Part shown: positions 39,485 to 51,348 of the stretch, one piece after another
How the letters are laid out: each line of letters starts with the position of its first letter
Numbering within the stretch: the first letter of the stretch is position 1
NCBI GenBank assembly: GCA_951406725.2
Contig: OX597828.1
Span: 69,006,001 to 69,070,000, forward strand
From: Octopus vulgaris
Taxonomy: Eukaryota
DNA: 64,000 nt
Direction of reading: 5' to 3'
The notes under the pieces: generated by a model
What the model saw: only the letters and a program-made list of their open reading frames with translations
Databases searched by the model: none
Told to the model about the DNA's origin: nothing
Made by a program: the position numbers and the translations under genes

Positions 39485-39925
39485 CAATATTGAAGCTCCG
39501 ACGTCTGGCAGCTGACTTGACAGACACCCATAAAATTATTGACCGTCTTACAAACAATAACTCTGAGCACCTATTCAAACTCCACCTGTCTAACAACCGT
39601 GGACATGTTTACAAAGTCAGAAAGCAGCACAGCTCCCGTGACTTTCGGAGATATTTTTTCATGCTAAGAGTTGCTGAAGCATGGAACAAATTGCCAGCAT
39701 CAGTTGTTAGTTGTCGGAGCACTGCAGCCTTCAAAACTTCCATGCTTCCTGAGATTCGCCAACACTACACCTGATTTTCTCCCCTCCATACACACGCAAG
39801 CATGTATCTGACTCATACACTGTTCACTTCCCAGACATTTGTACATTACTGCATATACTTTATACGCACTTTTTGACAAGTTGTGGTGCACCTGAGCACT
39901 GTTTACAATAATTTCATTATTATTT
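39485..39925 (+). mobile_element. Second CR1-group LINE 3' fragment
   Basis: LKLRRLAADLTDTHKII...NRGHVYKVRK...RRYFFMLRVAEAWNKLPASVV...FK, then 3' UTR and an (ATT)-rich tail. Confidence 0.85.
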
Positions 39926-39990
39926 TTATTATAAACTTGAAAGTAAGCTTATAGAGATCTGGGTCGGTGAATATTTTTATATAATAAATA

Positions 39991-40718
39991 CGTGATCTGA
40001 TCAATAAGTATCCGGACTGTTGCAGCAGTGCTTGGAAGGAACGTGTGCAGTGTGTGATCATCGCATCGACCATGACAGAGAAAGTTGAGCAGAGAATCTG
40101 CATCAAATTTTGCCAAAAACTTGGCGATACCTGCTCAGAGACCTATGCAAAGTTTTCATCATTCTCAATACTATCAAAGAGACTGAAACCCGAGTTTTGT
40201 TGGTCAGCTGAAAGCAGTTTTGGCATAAAGTTGGCAGACACGCGTCTTATACCCAAATCTTCAGTGATAATGGACTAAACTGAACCGTAACTAATCTGCA
40301 CATCCTCTGATAATTCACGGATGATCATTCGACGATTTCCCCTCTCAGCTGCATGCATATCAGCGATGTTTTTCTCAGTTCTGCTGGTTGCGGGTCTCCC
40401 AGAGCGTTTGTCAATATTGACATTTTCGGTCATCTTGGAAATATCTGACCTACTCGTACCTTTGTATGCGACTATGTACTCCTCTCCATACTCTTTCTGC
40501 AACTCTGCGCAGGCCTCTAAGCATGGTCAATGTGACGACAGCATGCTACATACCTTCCTTCCAAGCACTGCTGTAAATAGTGGAAGTGAGCTAGAGCGTT
40601 ACAACTTAGTGCACATGCACAGCAGCGTTTAAGTTCAATCTTTGCCATTCAGCTTTACTCTGCGTGTTTTAGCTTCGTTACTATGGCAACAGGCCGGATA
40701 CTTATTGATCAGATCTCG
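39991..40718. mobile_element. Non-autonomous mariner derivative
   Basis: 33-bp TIRs CG(T/A)GATCTGATCAATAAGTATCCGG(A/C)CTGTTGC flanked by TA. Transposase N-terminal remnants EQRICIKFCQKLG (+) and RSGRPATSRT..IIRELSEDVQISYGSV..RRVSANFMPKLL (-). Confidence 0.9.
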
Positions 40719-41146
40719 TATATTTGGGAGTGTTTGAGAAACGAAGCGGTTTTCTTATATTGCTCTCAATGAACATACATTGGGAGAAATATTGCTGCAG
40801 TTGTTGCTTATCTCCTGGTCAAACCTTATCAAGTATCAAGCGAACATATAATCTAAGGTGTTCCAGCCGTGACCATCCCATCTTCTGAATATCAGAAACT
40901 ATATTATTCGATGCTTCCATTTTTATTTAGGATGGTAGGTGTGGTTGGAGGGAAATTTAGGTACTATTTCTAGCATAACGAACAACACTTAGAGGCTCCC
41001 TTGTTAGCTGGAAGACGAGCTAGCTAATACTGATTTCAAATTTGGGCACAAGACCAGAAATTTCGAGAGAGGGTCTAAGTCGATCACATCGACCCTAGTG
41101 CTCAACTGGTATTTATTTTACCGAACCCAGAAGGATCATCATTATC

Positions 41147-41354
41147 TATTTCTTTACTACCCACAAGGGGGCAAACAAAAGGATTAAGTCGATTACATCG
41201 ACCCCAGTGCGTAACTGGTACTTAATTTATCGACCCCGAAAGGATGAAAGGCAAAGTCGACCTCAGCGGAATTTGAACTCAGAACGTAACGGCAGAGGAA
41301 ATACGGCTACGCAATTCGTCCGACGTGCTAACGTTTCTGCCAGCTCGCCGCCTT
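41147..41354 (-). mobile_element. SINE family B adjoining an older related SINE fragment (41030-41135)
   Basis: Duplication GAAGGATCATC(A/G)TTATC on both sides. Confidence 0.88.
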
Positions 41355-41522
41355 GAAGGATCATCGTTATCATCATGCACAACACTTTAACAAATTCTAT
41401 ATATTTAGCAACATCACTGCCACTGTTTCGTATAAGGCTCACTATTGTTAGCACCACTATTAACATCTTACAACCATCAACACCATCACCACGGTTCATA
41501 CAATCAATACTACTCCAACAGT

Positions 41523-41905
41523 GGAGGCGCAATGGCCCAGTGGTTAGGGCAGCGGACTCGCGGTCATAGGATCGCGGTTTCGATTCCCAGACCGGGCGTT
41601 GTGAGTGTTTATTGAGCGAAAACACCTAAAAGCTCTACGAGGCTCCGGCAGGGGATGGTGGTGATCCCTGCTGTACTCTTTCATCACAACTTTCTCTCAC
41701 TCTTACTTCCTGTTTCTGTTGTGCCTGTATTTCAAAGGGCCGGCCTTGTCACTCTCTGTGTCACGCTGAATATCCCCGAGAACTACGTTAAGGGTACACG
41801 TGTCTGTGGAGTGCTCAGCCACTTACACGTTAATTTCACGAGCAGGCTGTTCCGTTGATTCGGATCAACCGGAACCCTCGTCGTCGTAACCGACGGAGTG
41901 CTTCC
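41523..41905 (+). mobile_element. SINE with family-A head/body and alternative tail
   Basis: First ~195 bp match family A; the rest matches 5565-5745 (-). 12-bp duplication ACTACTCCAACA at 41509-41520 and 41906-41917. Confidence 0.9.
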
Positions 41906-42684
41906 ACTACTCCAACATCTCAACCAACTTCCATCTCCTCCTTCCCCGCATCATCATCATCATCATCATCATCATCAACACCGCTACCGCATTTACCAAT
42001 AGATTTCGCAGCTGTGTTCGCTCGATTCCTTTCGTTACGCTTTCTGGTCTTTGGCCAGAAAGAAGTTTTTTGTTTATTCTTTTGATCAACCGGACTCCAA
42101 ATCTTTTCTGTTCAGAAATTATGGTCAATCATTTAACTTTGAAATTTTTAGTATTTGGAGTTCCAGAGAAAAATATTCCCTGGAACTCTGCCATCAAAAT
42201 AGAAGTGGGTGGTCAGTTATATAACCAGACTGAATTCTGCATGCCATTCCTCAATCGCCAATTATCATTAGGTGAAGCTTCCAGAAAATAAAACAATTAG
42301 TAGTCTTGATTTTATGCAAGTTTTATTATTTCATTTCAGATGAAGAAATGACTATAGCTTAATATTCGCCTAAATATCTTGCAATTTCATTTCTCCAGAT
42401 CTTAAGTTCATATCTCATAGGGATCAACTCTCTCTTTGTACCTCCTTCTTACCTGAAATGGACAAGTTAAGTATCAGTGGATTAACAGAATCGGTCCAGT
42501 CAGTATCGGACAAAATGCCTTGCGGTATTTTGTTACGTGTCTCTACGGGCTGAATTCAAATTATATAGAAAATACCTTTCTGTCGACAAAACTCAAAGTG
42601 TGAGTCCTTAGAGGAGCGTCGAATGAGTCGGCTGCATCCTTCTCTACAATTTCTGACTGTTTCTATGTCTGAAAATTCATGTTA

Positions 42685-42875
42685 GGCGGCGAGCTAGCCG
42701 GACAAAATGCTTTGCAGCATTTCGTTCGTCTTTACGTTCTGAGCTCAAATTCTGCTGAGGTCGAACCTGCCTTTCATCCTTTTGGAGCCGAAATAATAAG
42801 TACCGACTGAGCATTGAAGTCGACCTAATCGGCTTATCCCCTCCCCCGAAAATTCTGTTCTTGAACCAAAATGTG
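42685..42875 (+). mobile_element. Older family-B-related SINE
   Basis: GGCGGCGAGCT head, GAGGTCGAACCTGCCTTTCATCCTTT core. Confidence 0.75.
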
Positions 42876-43238
42876 AAATTAGTGTTATATGCACTTGTTT
42901 CAACCTTCTTCTTCCTGAGTTCAAATCTTATCAATGCCAACTTTATCTTTTATCGTTTGATCAAATAAAACACCACTCAGAACCTGAACACACTTCATCC
43001 TCCGCCTCCGATTTCCAGACCTTGTGCCTATGCTAAAAATATAATAAACCGAATACTATGTTGTTGTTTAGCCGAACAAATCAATGAATAAAGACACGCC
43101 AACGGAGACCAACTTGTATTTTTATGTATGTGAGCACGTATTGCACACGCACACGCGTGCCCCCCACATACATACGTAAATGTATGTATATATATGCTGT
43201 TCCCTCACCTGTCTTCACTTTTGTTTTCCGTAAATTTG

Positions 43239-43287
<49 letters not shown>

Positions 43288-43290
<3 letters not shown>

Positions 43291-43885
43291 AATGAGAAAA
43301 TGAAGAAACATACCTAAATCAATCATCAACCATCAGATAATACCCAATCAATACTTTATTAAACCATTACATAACAGCAATGACATTATACATAATATAT
43401 TGCAAATATAACTAGACATGGAAATAGAAATAGAAAATACAATTACATCATATCTGACAGCTGTTTCGGCCGTGAAGACAGGTATGTCTCATTTAACCTA
43501 TCAGCCATATAAAGCAGGTATAAATGAGACATTAACAAGGATGTCTCGTAATTGTATTTTCTATTTCTATTTCCATGTCTAGTTATATTTGCAATATATT
43601 ATGTATAATGTCATTGCTGTTATGTAATGGTTTAATAAAGTATTGATTGGGTATTATCTGATGGTTGATGATTGATTTAGGTATGTTTCTCCATTTTCTC
43701 ATTTTGTATTATTAATTTACGGTAATAATTTTACCCTTGCCCACATAATACAGTAGATGAATTAATTGCACCTCAATTTTTAACATTTATGTATTAGTCT
43801 TGTTGGGTACCTCTCTAGCAGTATATTGGATATATGTTATCCCATGGAGGGTTGAATTTACAACCCCTATCTCATTTTATAACTG
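43288..43885. mobile_element. Fold-back Penelope-like element in (TA)n
   Basis: 159-bp arms 43288-43446 / 43548-43706 plus a ~180-bp one-sided extension. Hammerhead 3' half GAAAC-AGCT-GTC on the minus strand at 43456-43467. Same family at 62730-63030. Confidence 0.75.
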
Positions 43886-43920
<35 letters not shown>

Positions 43921-43925
<5 letters not shown>

Positions 43926-44853
43926 GGATGACCACTATATGGACAACCCTAATGCTAGAAGTAGATCCGCTATGGTCTTACCACTAAGAAATGTTCTCTA
44001 GAAAATTTAGCAAACACCAGAAACGTAAGCGAGCAAGACAAATGAAAAGTAACAAAAATATAGATTAATTATAAACAATAGGCGCAGGAGTGGCTGTGTG
44101 GTAAGTAGCTTGCTTACCAAGCACATTGTTCCGGGTTCAGTCCCACTGCGTGGCATCTTGGGCGAGTGTCTTCTGCTATAGCCCCGGGCCGACCAATGCC
44201 TTGTGAGTGGATTTGGTAGACGGAAACTGAAAGAAGCCTGTCGTATATATGTATATATATATATAAGTGTGTGTGTATATGTTTGTGTGTCTGTGTTTGT
44301 CCCCCTAGCATTGCTTGACAACTGATGCTGGTGTGTTTACGTCCCCGTCACTTAGCGGTTCGGCAAAAGAGACCAATAGAATAAGTACTGGGCTTACAAA
44401 GAATAAGTCCCGGGGTCGATTTGCTCGACTAAAGGCGGTGCTCCAGCATGGCCGCAGTCAAATGACTGAAACAAGTAAAAGAGTAATGTTTCACTATTAA
44501 TAGATTACGTAATCTTACTTACGCAATTTGTCCGTAGATCTTCAGTATGATCGTCCATACAAATATAATTTGCAGAACTACACACCAGACGCCCGCACGA
44601 AGTCGAACATGTATGCAGTTCTACCTATTACACTTGTGGTTATTTTTCAAAAGTCCTCGTTTTGGCGGGCTAAATTACCGGAAATAATACTGCATAACAT
44701 AATTCACTGTAGTAGCCTTTGCTGGTTTGAGAACGTATTAATTTGAAATTAAAATTAAAATGAGGAAATTTTCTAGAGAACATTTCTTAGTGGTAAAACC
44801 ATAACGGATCTACCTCTAGCATTAGGGTTGTCCACATAGTGGTCATCCCTCTC
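43921..44853. mobile_element. MITE-like element with ~88-bp TIRs, carrying a nested SINE
   Basis: 43921-44008 is the reverse complement of 44766-44853 (few mismatches). GAG...CTC termini flanked by ATAT. Confidence 0.75.
44078..44484 (+). mobile_element. SINE family C, full-length
   Basis: TGGCTGTGTGG A-box-like, GGTTCAGTCCC B-box-like, central TA/GT tract, GTAAAAGAG tail. Confidence 0.9.
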
Positions 44854-45788
44854 ATATGTGTGTTATACAATTTACTGAACCTTCAGTTTTTTATATGCTA
44901 GACCACTGGTGTTATCAAATTTGATGTTATCAAATTAATATCCAATTTTTCACCAATTTTGCTTTCAGTTTCTAGTACCGGGTCACTGTTTATGCGTCCT
45001 GTCAAAGCTGACTGTAAGATCTGCGCATCGAACCATTATGGACTCCTACACTATCTTTATCGATTTACCTAACAAATACTCTATCTAGATATGATCAAGA
45101 TGATCCGATGTAGTTGCTATATGTCCACACCAATACGTTCGAAAAATCCGGTTAAAACCTGTCAGACCGTTTCAATAGATTGATCAGGTTTGTGAGATTT
45201 TTATGCTCTTTCTCCTCATTAGCAAAGCTCACTCACCCGATCATGGACCTAAAATGTGATTCCAGTTTTCCACTAGAACAAAACTGCAGGGCTTTCCAAG
45301 AAACATTCTAAACACACAGATCCTGGCGCTCTTCTCCTTTTGGAGCAAAGACAGCCATAAGTCTGAAAGTACTTCTTTCACGTCTTTTATGTTTACTGCT
45401 ATTACATTTGTTGTGGGTTTAGCTATTGTTATTGTTGCCGAGGTGTTGCGGTTAGTGGTGGGGGTAAAGTAAATGTGTGACTGGTTGATAAGTTACTACT
45501 CCTTCGAACCTTCCATCTTTAGCTTGGGGTGGCCTTCTTTTTTCTCCTCATTCTCCCGCCAAAGACCTCTTGTGCCACTCTTTCTCCTTGATCTTATCGT
45601 AAGATGAGGTGTCGGAATCGGAGATGATTGAAGTGGCGGGTGAATGTATTTGTGCGTGTATGTTTTGCTGAGGAGAAGGAACTCTCGCTGGAGCTTTCTT
45701 TTGTTGTGATGACTTGTTTTATAGCTGTTGTTTTGGCGGTTAATTTTGCTTCTACTACTTTTGTTGTTGCTGCTTTGTTTGTTTGTTT

Positions 45789-46154
45789 GTTGAGCGAAGC
45801 GGTCTTTGTCACAGCTGTAGTGGGAGAAGTCCGAAACGTGGTCCTTTGCTATTCGTAAGACCCGCAGAAGAGAAAGCAGGTCAACCCCCGACACCGAGAG
45901 CATCGACGGATGAATGAATGCGCATCCAGGCTCAGCGGTTGCGTAGGAAGTCGGGGATAAGAAACAGGAAGTAAGAGTGAGAGAAAGCTGGAGCGAAAGA
46001 GTACAACAGGGGTCGCCACCACCCCCCTGCCGGAGCCTCATGGAGCTTTAGGTATTTTCGCGCAATAAACACACACAACGCCCGGTCTGGGAATCGAAAC
46101 CGCAATCCTTCGACCGTGAGTCCACTGCCCTAACCACTGGGCCATTGCGCCTCC
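45789..46154 (-). mobile_element. SINE family A
   Basis: Reverse-complement match to 6926-7294. Confidence 0.9.
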
Positions 46155-46226
46155 GCTGTTGTCGCTGCTCTGGTTGTGGCTGGCAACAATGCAGAACACT
46201 TCTCTTTTGCTCGGTACTGTTGGAAA

Positions 46227-46831
46227 ATTCTAGCAAAATTAAGACATGAATATGGCGTCGTTATTGGTTGCCGGCCAACAAGAGATGGCGGATGAATGTA
46301 GTGCCAACGGCGAAGAAGAATATAGTTCTACGGTAGGACTCATTTTTATTTCTTTCACTAGGAAGAGCTTCTCTCCTCGTCAGCAATGATGCTTATGCGT
46401 ATGACAGCTGAGTTGCCTACTCTCAAAGCGTGCAGTTGCGTACCGTTTAGATCTGCCGGTGCAGCAGTGGACGTGGCAGTGGTAACGTTCGTGCTTTTGG
46501 TTAGATACGATTGCGTATTCTCCTCGTTCTAGGTTCCATTATGTATGTGGCAGTGATCTTCTTACGACTGTTGGTGGTTGTGAATGTGGTGCTGATATTA
46601 TTGCTGATGTTGTTACCCGCTCTTTCTCTTCAACATGGTCCATGATAGCAGTGGAGATGGTGACGGCTGCATTGCTGACGAGGAGAGAAGCTCTTCCTAG
46701 TGAAAGAAATAAAAGTGAGTCCTACCGTAGAACTGTATTCTTCTTCGCTGTTGGCATTACATTCATCCGCCATCTCTTGTTGACCGGTAACCAATAACGA
46801 CGCCATATTCATGTCTTAATTCTGCTAGAAT
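46227..46831. repeat. 162-bp inverted duplication with 281-bp spacer
   Basis: 46227-46388 versus 46670-46831 with only a handful of substitutions; no obvious TSD. Confidence 0.9.
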
Positions 46832-47608
46832 CTTTGTCTCTTTCCAGTCTTTTGACCCTAAGTAGGTTAGAAACTAAGGTACTGACCGATCCCTCACAGC
46901 TGTGATCTGTTCTGGAACATGACACAGAAATAAACAAATGCAAATCCCTAGGACGGACACTTTTAACAGTTCTTTTTCAATTTATGAAGTGAATCAAAAT
47001 ACGCTTTGCGAGGACAGGAAAAAAATAATAATTTCTTTATTGGTCAAAGTATAATAGTAATAATGATTTCTTTCATAATAATAATAATGATTTCTTTTAT
47101 TTATAATAATACTTTCCTTTAATGCCGCAAGGGTGACGGATGGGAGATCATTACGGCGACAAGTTACAAAGAAGTGTGGGAAGTGTTCTCAGTAAAGTTA
47201 AGGTCACTTAACGTAAGTTCCAATGGAATGTCAGATGGTTTAGATCAATGGGTAAGTTACATCACTGCACATAAAGCTGGTGGAAAGGAAACAAAATATG
47301 ACAGTTAGAAACATGAAAATTAACAAAATGCTTTAGGGATAAACACGTGTGTGTATGTGTATAAATTTAAGTCACAATATATGGATTCAAGCAACCCGGA
47401 AGTACTCATAAAAAAAGTTCCTTAATGCATCATTCTACAAAACAGGTTGAATATATATAATACGATATTAAGAGAAAACGATAGGGAGTATATAAAGTCA
47501 TAAATACTAGAGAAATAGTTTGAGGAATTTTATTTAACAAGAAGAAACCTTTAATATTACGACACATTGTTTCGTAACTTAAAGACATATAAATAATTTA
47601 TATTATCA

Positions 47609-48106
47609 CTAGCAGTATCGCCCGGCGTTGCTCGGGTTTGTAAGGGAAATAACTATATAAGCATTTTTAGAGAGTTATAGCCAAAAAGTTGCAAAAAATG
47701 CATTAAAAATGGAAAAAAAATGATGGTAAATTTTTTTTTAAATCGTTGACTCATCGTAGACATTTTTAGAGAGTTACTTCCCTTATTTTAATAGCGAAAA
47801 AATGCATTAAAATGGAAAAAATTATGGTAAATTTTTTTTAAAATCGTTGACTCATCGTAGACATTTTTAGAGAGTTACTTCCCTTTTTTTAATAGCGAAA
47901 AAATGCATTAAAATGGAAAAAATGATGGTAAATTTTTTTTTAAATCGTAGACTCATCGTATATGCGCGCTAATACCCAGAAGGGCTCGATATGAATCACG
48001 ACTATAAGATACCCGGTTTTGGTTAAACTGCACCGCAAAATGTGGGAGTAGTTAGGAATCTAAATCGTAGGAGATAGACACACAACTTGACTTTTATATA
48101 TAAAGA
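47609..48106 (-). mobile_element. Non-autonomous Helitron with internal ~100-bp tandem repeats
   Basis: Minus strand A|TCTTTATATATAAAAG start; CCCGAGCAACGCCGGG hairpin 8 nt before CTAG|T. Confidence 0.85.
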
Positions 48107-48113
48107 TATTTAA

Positions 48114-48490
48114 TCTCTCTATATATATAAACGGCAAAATGTGTGTGTGTGTGTGTGTGCGTGTCCTTTATACAAATCCACAATTTTTAAGTTAGAGGGC
48201 TCACACTTTCTAGGGTCATTCAAAACCGTCCAAGGGTGGTCGTGCACATCTTTACATTTCCCCAGTCACCCCGCAAAGTCATTAAAAAAATCAATAGAAG
48301 TGAGTTTTTTGTGAATTTTCTATCCAAAACCCAATCAAAATGCCCGAAACTTGATATGCCAATTGAATGCCAGCTAGCTGTATGTGATTGGTAGGAGATT
48401 TGGACAGTACTCGCGTGTATGTGCGCACGAACGCAGCTGTATATGCATGCACTAGCACTATGACCTGGTGTTGCCGGGTCATAGTGCTAG
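48114..48490 (+). mobile_element. Non-autonomous Helitron (family also at 58290-58657)
   Basis: TC..TATATATATAAAC start, terminal hairpin, CTAG|T end. Confidence 0.85.
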
Positions 48491-48774
48491 TCATTAATAA
48501 CGGTAATAATGCTTCTTTATTTAAAATATATAGGCTCACGGTAGTTTTCTTTTAAACTGGGTTTCAGTCCTATATGTTTTCTGCTATTACAATACCTTGT
48601 AAGTAAATTTAGTAGATAAAACCCGTATGCAAGCCTGTCATATATGTTTGTGCATGCGTTGATGTGTTGGCCCCATCTACTTGACAATAACTGTTGATTT
48701 GTTTACATCTCCCCAGTAAAAATAGAGACCAATACAATAAGTACCAGCTTTAAAATATATACTAAAAAATATTT

Positions 48775-49003
48775 ATTTCTTTACTGTCCATAAGGGGCTA
48801 AACACAGAAGGGACAAACAAGGACAGACAAACGGATTAAGTCGATTACATCGACCCCAGTGCGTAACTGGTACTTTATTTATCGACCACGAAAGGATGAA
48901 AGGCAAAGTCGACCTCGGTGGAATTTGAACTCAGAACGTAAAGACAGAAGAAATATCGCTAAGCATTTCGCCCGGCGTGGTAACGATTCTGCCAGCTCGT
49001 CGT
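48775..49003 (-). mobile_element. SINE family B
   Basis: Matches 18595-18825 in reverse. Confidence 0.88.
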
Positions 49004-49154
49004 CTTTGATTGACTCAGCTCATCAACACGATACTCCGGCATAGCTACAGCACAAATAACTAATATTTATCTCACTCTATGGAGTACTTTTTTGTTGAAT
49101 TTTCTTCACGAACAGTACATTATATACACATACACACACATACATATATATAAA

Positions 49155-49207
<53 letters not shown>

Positions 49208-49291
49208 ATTTAGATATATTTATTTATATATAGAGAGAAAGATATTATTTCTAAATCTCTCAAAGAGAGACATTCAGTAACAGTTCTTTAA

Positions 49292-49683
49292 AGGCTTATT
49301 TGTCAACATAATGTGGCTGTCCCAAAAAGGACGCTGCTACTGTTGTTTTAGCCCCAAGAAACATCGTTTCTAGCTGGCTATATGACACACTATCTGTGTC
49401 CTTATATTTTCGAACGGGGAGTTCAGCACCCCATCTAGTGCAAAACAACATCTGTGGACTAGTTTCTAGGTTATTGCCCTTTATCAACAAAGAGTAGCTG
49501 CTTGGCAAGACGGCGTTGCTGAACTCACCGTTCGAAGAAATAGCTTTCAAAGTGACACACAATCACTGATCTAAAATTAGAAATACTTAGTCGCATAGCC
49601 AGCTAGAAACGATGTTTCCTGGGGTTAAAACAGCAATAACATCGTCCCTTCCAGGACAGCCGCATTATGTTGGCAAATAGCCT
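49292..49683. mobile_element. MITE with ~95-bp imperfect TIRs (Kolobok-like termini)
   Basis: TTAA|AGGC.TATTTG.CAACATAATG ... CATTATGTTGGCAAATAGCCT|TTAC. An isolated right end also at ~55826-55858. Confidence 0.7.
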
Positions 49684-49707
49684 TTACTTATATATATATA
49701 TATATAT

Positions 49708-50260
49708 TCTGTGCCGGTGGCACATAAAAAGCACCATCCGAACGTGACCGATGCCAACCCCGCCTCGAATGGCTTCTGTGCCGGTGGCACATAAAAAGCA
49801 ACATCCGAACGTGGCCGATGCCAGCACCGCCCCGACTGGCTTCTGTGCCGGTGGCACATAAAAAGCACCATGGCACATAAAAAGCAACATCCGAACATGG
49901 CCGATGCCAGCACCGCCCCGACTGGCTTCTGTGCCGGTGGCACATAAAAAGCACCATCCGAACGTGACCGATGCCAGCACCGCCTTGACTGGCTTCTGTG
50001 CCGGTAGCACCAAAAAAAACAAAAAAACACCAACTGATCGTGGCCGATGCCAGACCCCTCTGGCACCTGTGCAGCTGGCACGTAAAAAGCACCCACTACA
50101 CTCGCGGAGTGGTTGGCGTTAGGAAGGGCATCCAGCTGTAGAAACACTGCCAGATCAGACTGGAGCCTGGGGCAGCCCCTGGCTTCCCAGACCCCGGTCG
50201 AACCGTCCAACCCGTGCTAGCGCGGAAAATGGACGTTAAACGATGATGATGATGATGATG
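49708..50260 (+). mobile_element. Family D retroposon with ~5-6 tandem ~65-bp 5' units
   Basis: CTGTGCCGGTGGCACATAAAAAGCA.CATCCGAACGTG.CCGATGCCA unit repeated before the common 3' part. Confidence 0.88.
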
Positions 50261-50279
50261 ATATATATATATATAAGGT

Positions 50280-50465
50280 GAAAAAATAGTAGTCGAACAC
50301 CAGAGGTTGAGTAATATGCTTTAATAAAAAGCAGCAAAAATATCAGAAAAACTGTTCCCAGTTCCCGTTCGTCGGCCAGTTTTGTTTAGAAAAACTGTCC
50401 CACGAATGGGAACATGAAACTCTGAATAAAATTTTTTGTGATATTTTTCCTACCTTTTAATAAAG
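50280..50465. mobile_element. Degenerate fold-back Penelope-like fragment
   Basis: Imperfect arms ~50320-50383 / 50391-50465. Decayed hammerhead CTGT-CCCACGA-ATG-ggaa-CAT-GAAACTCTGA. Shares TCGAACACC and GAAACTCTGA blocks with 22815-22932. Confidence 0.55.
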
Positions 50466-50593
50466 TAGCGCGCCAAAACGAGGACATTTGAAATTGTAGC
50501 CACGAGTGTAATGGGTAGTACTGTTCAGAAGTCTGACTTTGTGCGGACGTCCTAGTATGCGGTCCTGCAAATTAAAATCAAATCAAACTCGAT

Positions 50594-50983
50594 GACCCGT
50601 GCCAGTGCATCGCTAAGAGCACCATCTGGGTGTGATCGTTGCCAGAGCAGCTGACTGGCTTCCGCGCCGGTGGCACAAAAAAAGCATTTGAGCAAGGTCG
50701 TTGACAGTGCCGCTGGACTGGCTCCTGTGCAGGTAGCATGTAAAAAACACCATTTGAGCGTAGCCATTGCCAGTACCGCCTGACTGGCCCTCGTGCCGGT
50801 GGCATGTAAAAGCACCCACTACACTCTTGGAGTTGTTGGCATTAGGAAGGGCATCCACCTTTAAGAAACTCTGTCAGATCAAACTGGAGCCTGGTACAGC
50901 CATCTAGTTCACCAGTCCTCAGTCAAATCATCCAACCCATGCTAGCATGGAAAGTGGATGTTAAATGATGATGATGATGATGA
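50594..50983 (+). mobile_element. Family D retroposon (3-4 5' units)
   Basis: As 16715-16937, with CpG decay. Confidence 0.85.
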
Positions 50984-51004
50984 TAATATATATAAAAGTA
51001 TATA

Positions 51005-51317
51005 AAGGGTAGAGACCCCCTTCGGTCATGAATGACCATGGGATTGCACCTAGAAAGTTACCCTCCCAGGCACAAGTCCGGGCAAGGTAGTTTATGGAAG
51101 ACCAGCAGTCGCCCATGCATACCAGCTTCCCCTCTCCACACCACTGATGTTATCCAAGGGAAAGACAAAGGTCGATACAGCTTGGCACCAGTGATGTCGC
51201 AACTCATTTCTACAGTTGAGTGAACTGGAGCAACGTGAAATAAAGTGCCTTGCTCAAGAACACAACACGCAGCCCGGTCCGGGATTCGAGCTCACAATGC
51301 TCTAACCACTGAGCCAT

Positions 51318-51321
<4 letters not shown>
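51005..51321 (-). mobile_element. tRNA-headed SINE sharing its central block with 5565-5882 but with a different tail
   Basis: TGGCTCAGTGG head; TGTGTTCTTGAGCAAGGCACTTTATTTCACGTTGCTCCAGTTCACTCA block. Confidence 0.8.

Positions 51322-51348
<27 letters not shown>

Noticed and set aside
46675-46712. CTGACGA...GAAA hammerhead candidate
   Set aside because: Stem II does not abut GAAA, and no stem I/III or cleavage triplet can be formed.
49708-50095. CRISPR-like repeat appearance
   Set aside because: The intervening sequences are themselves repeated; eukaryotic context and no cas genes.
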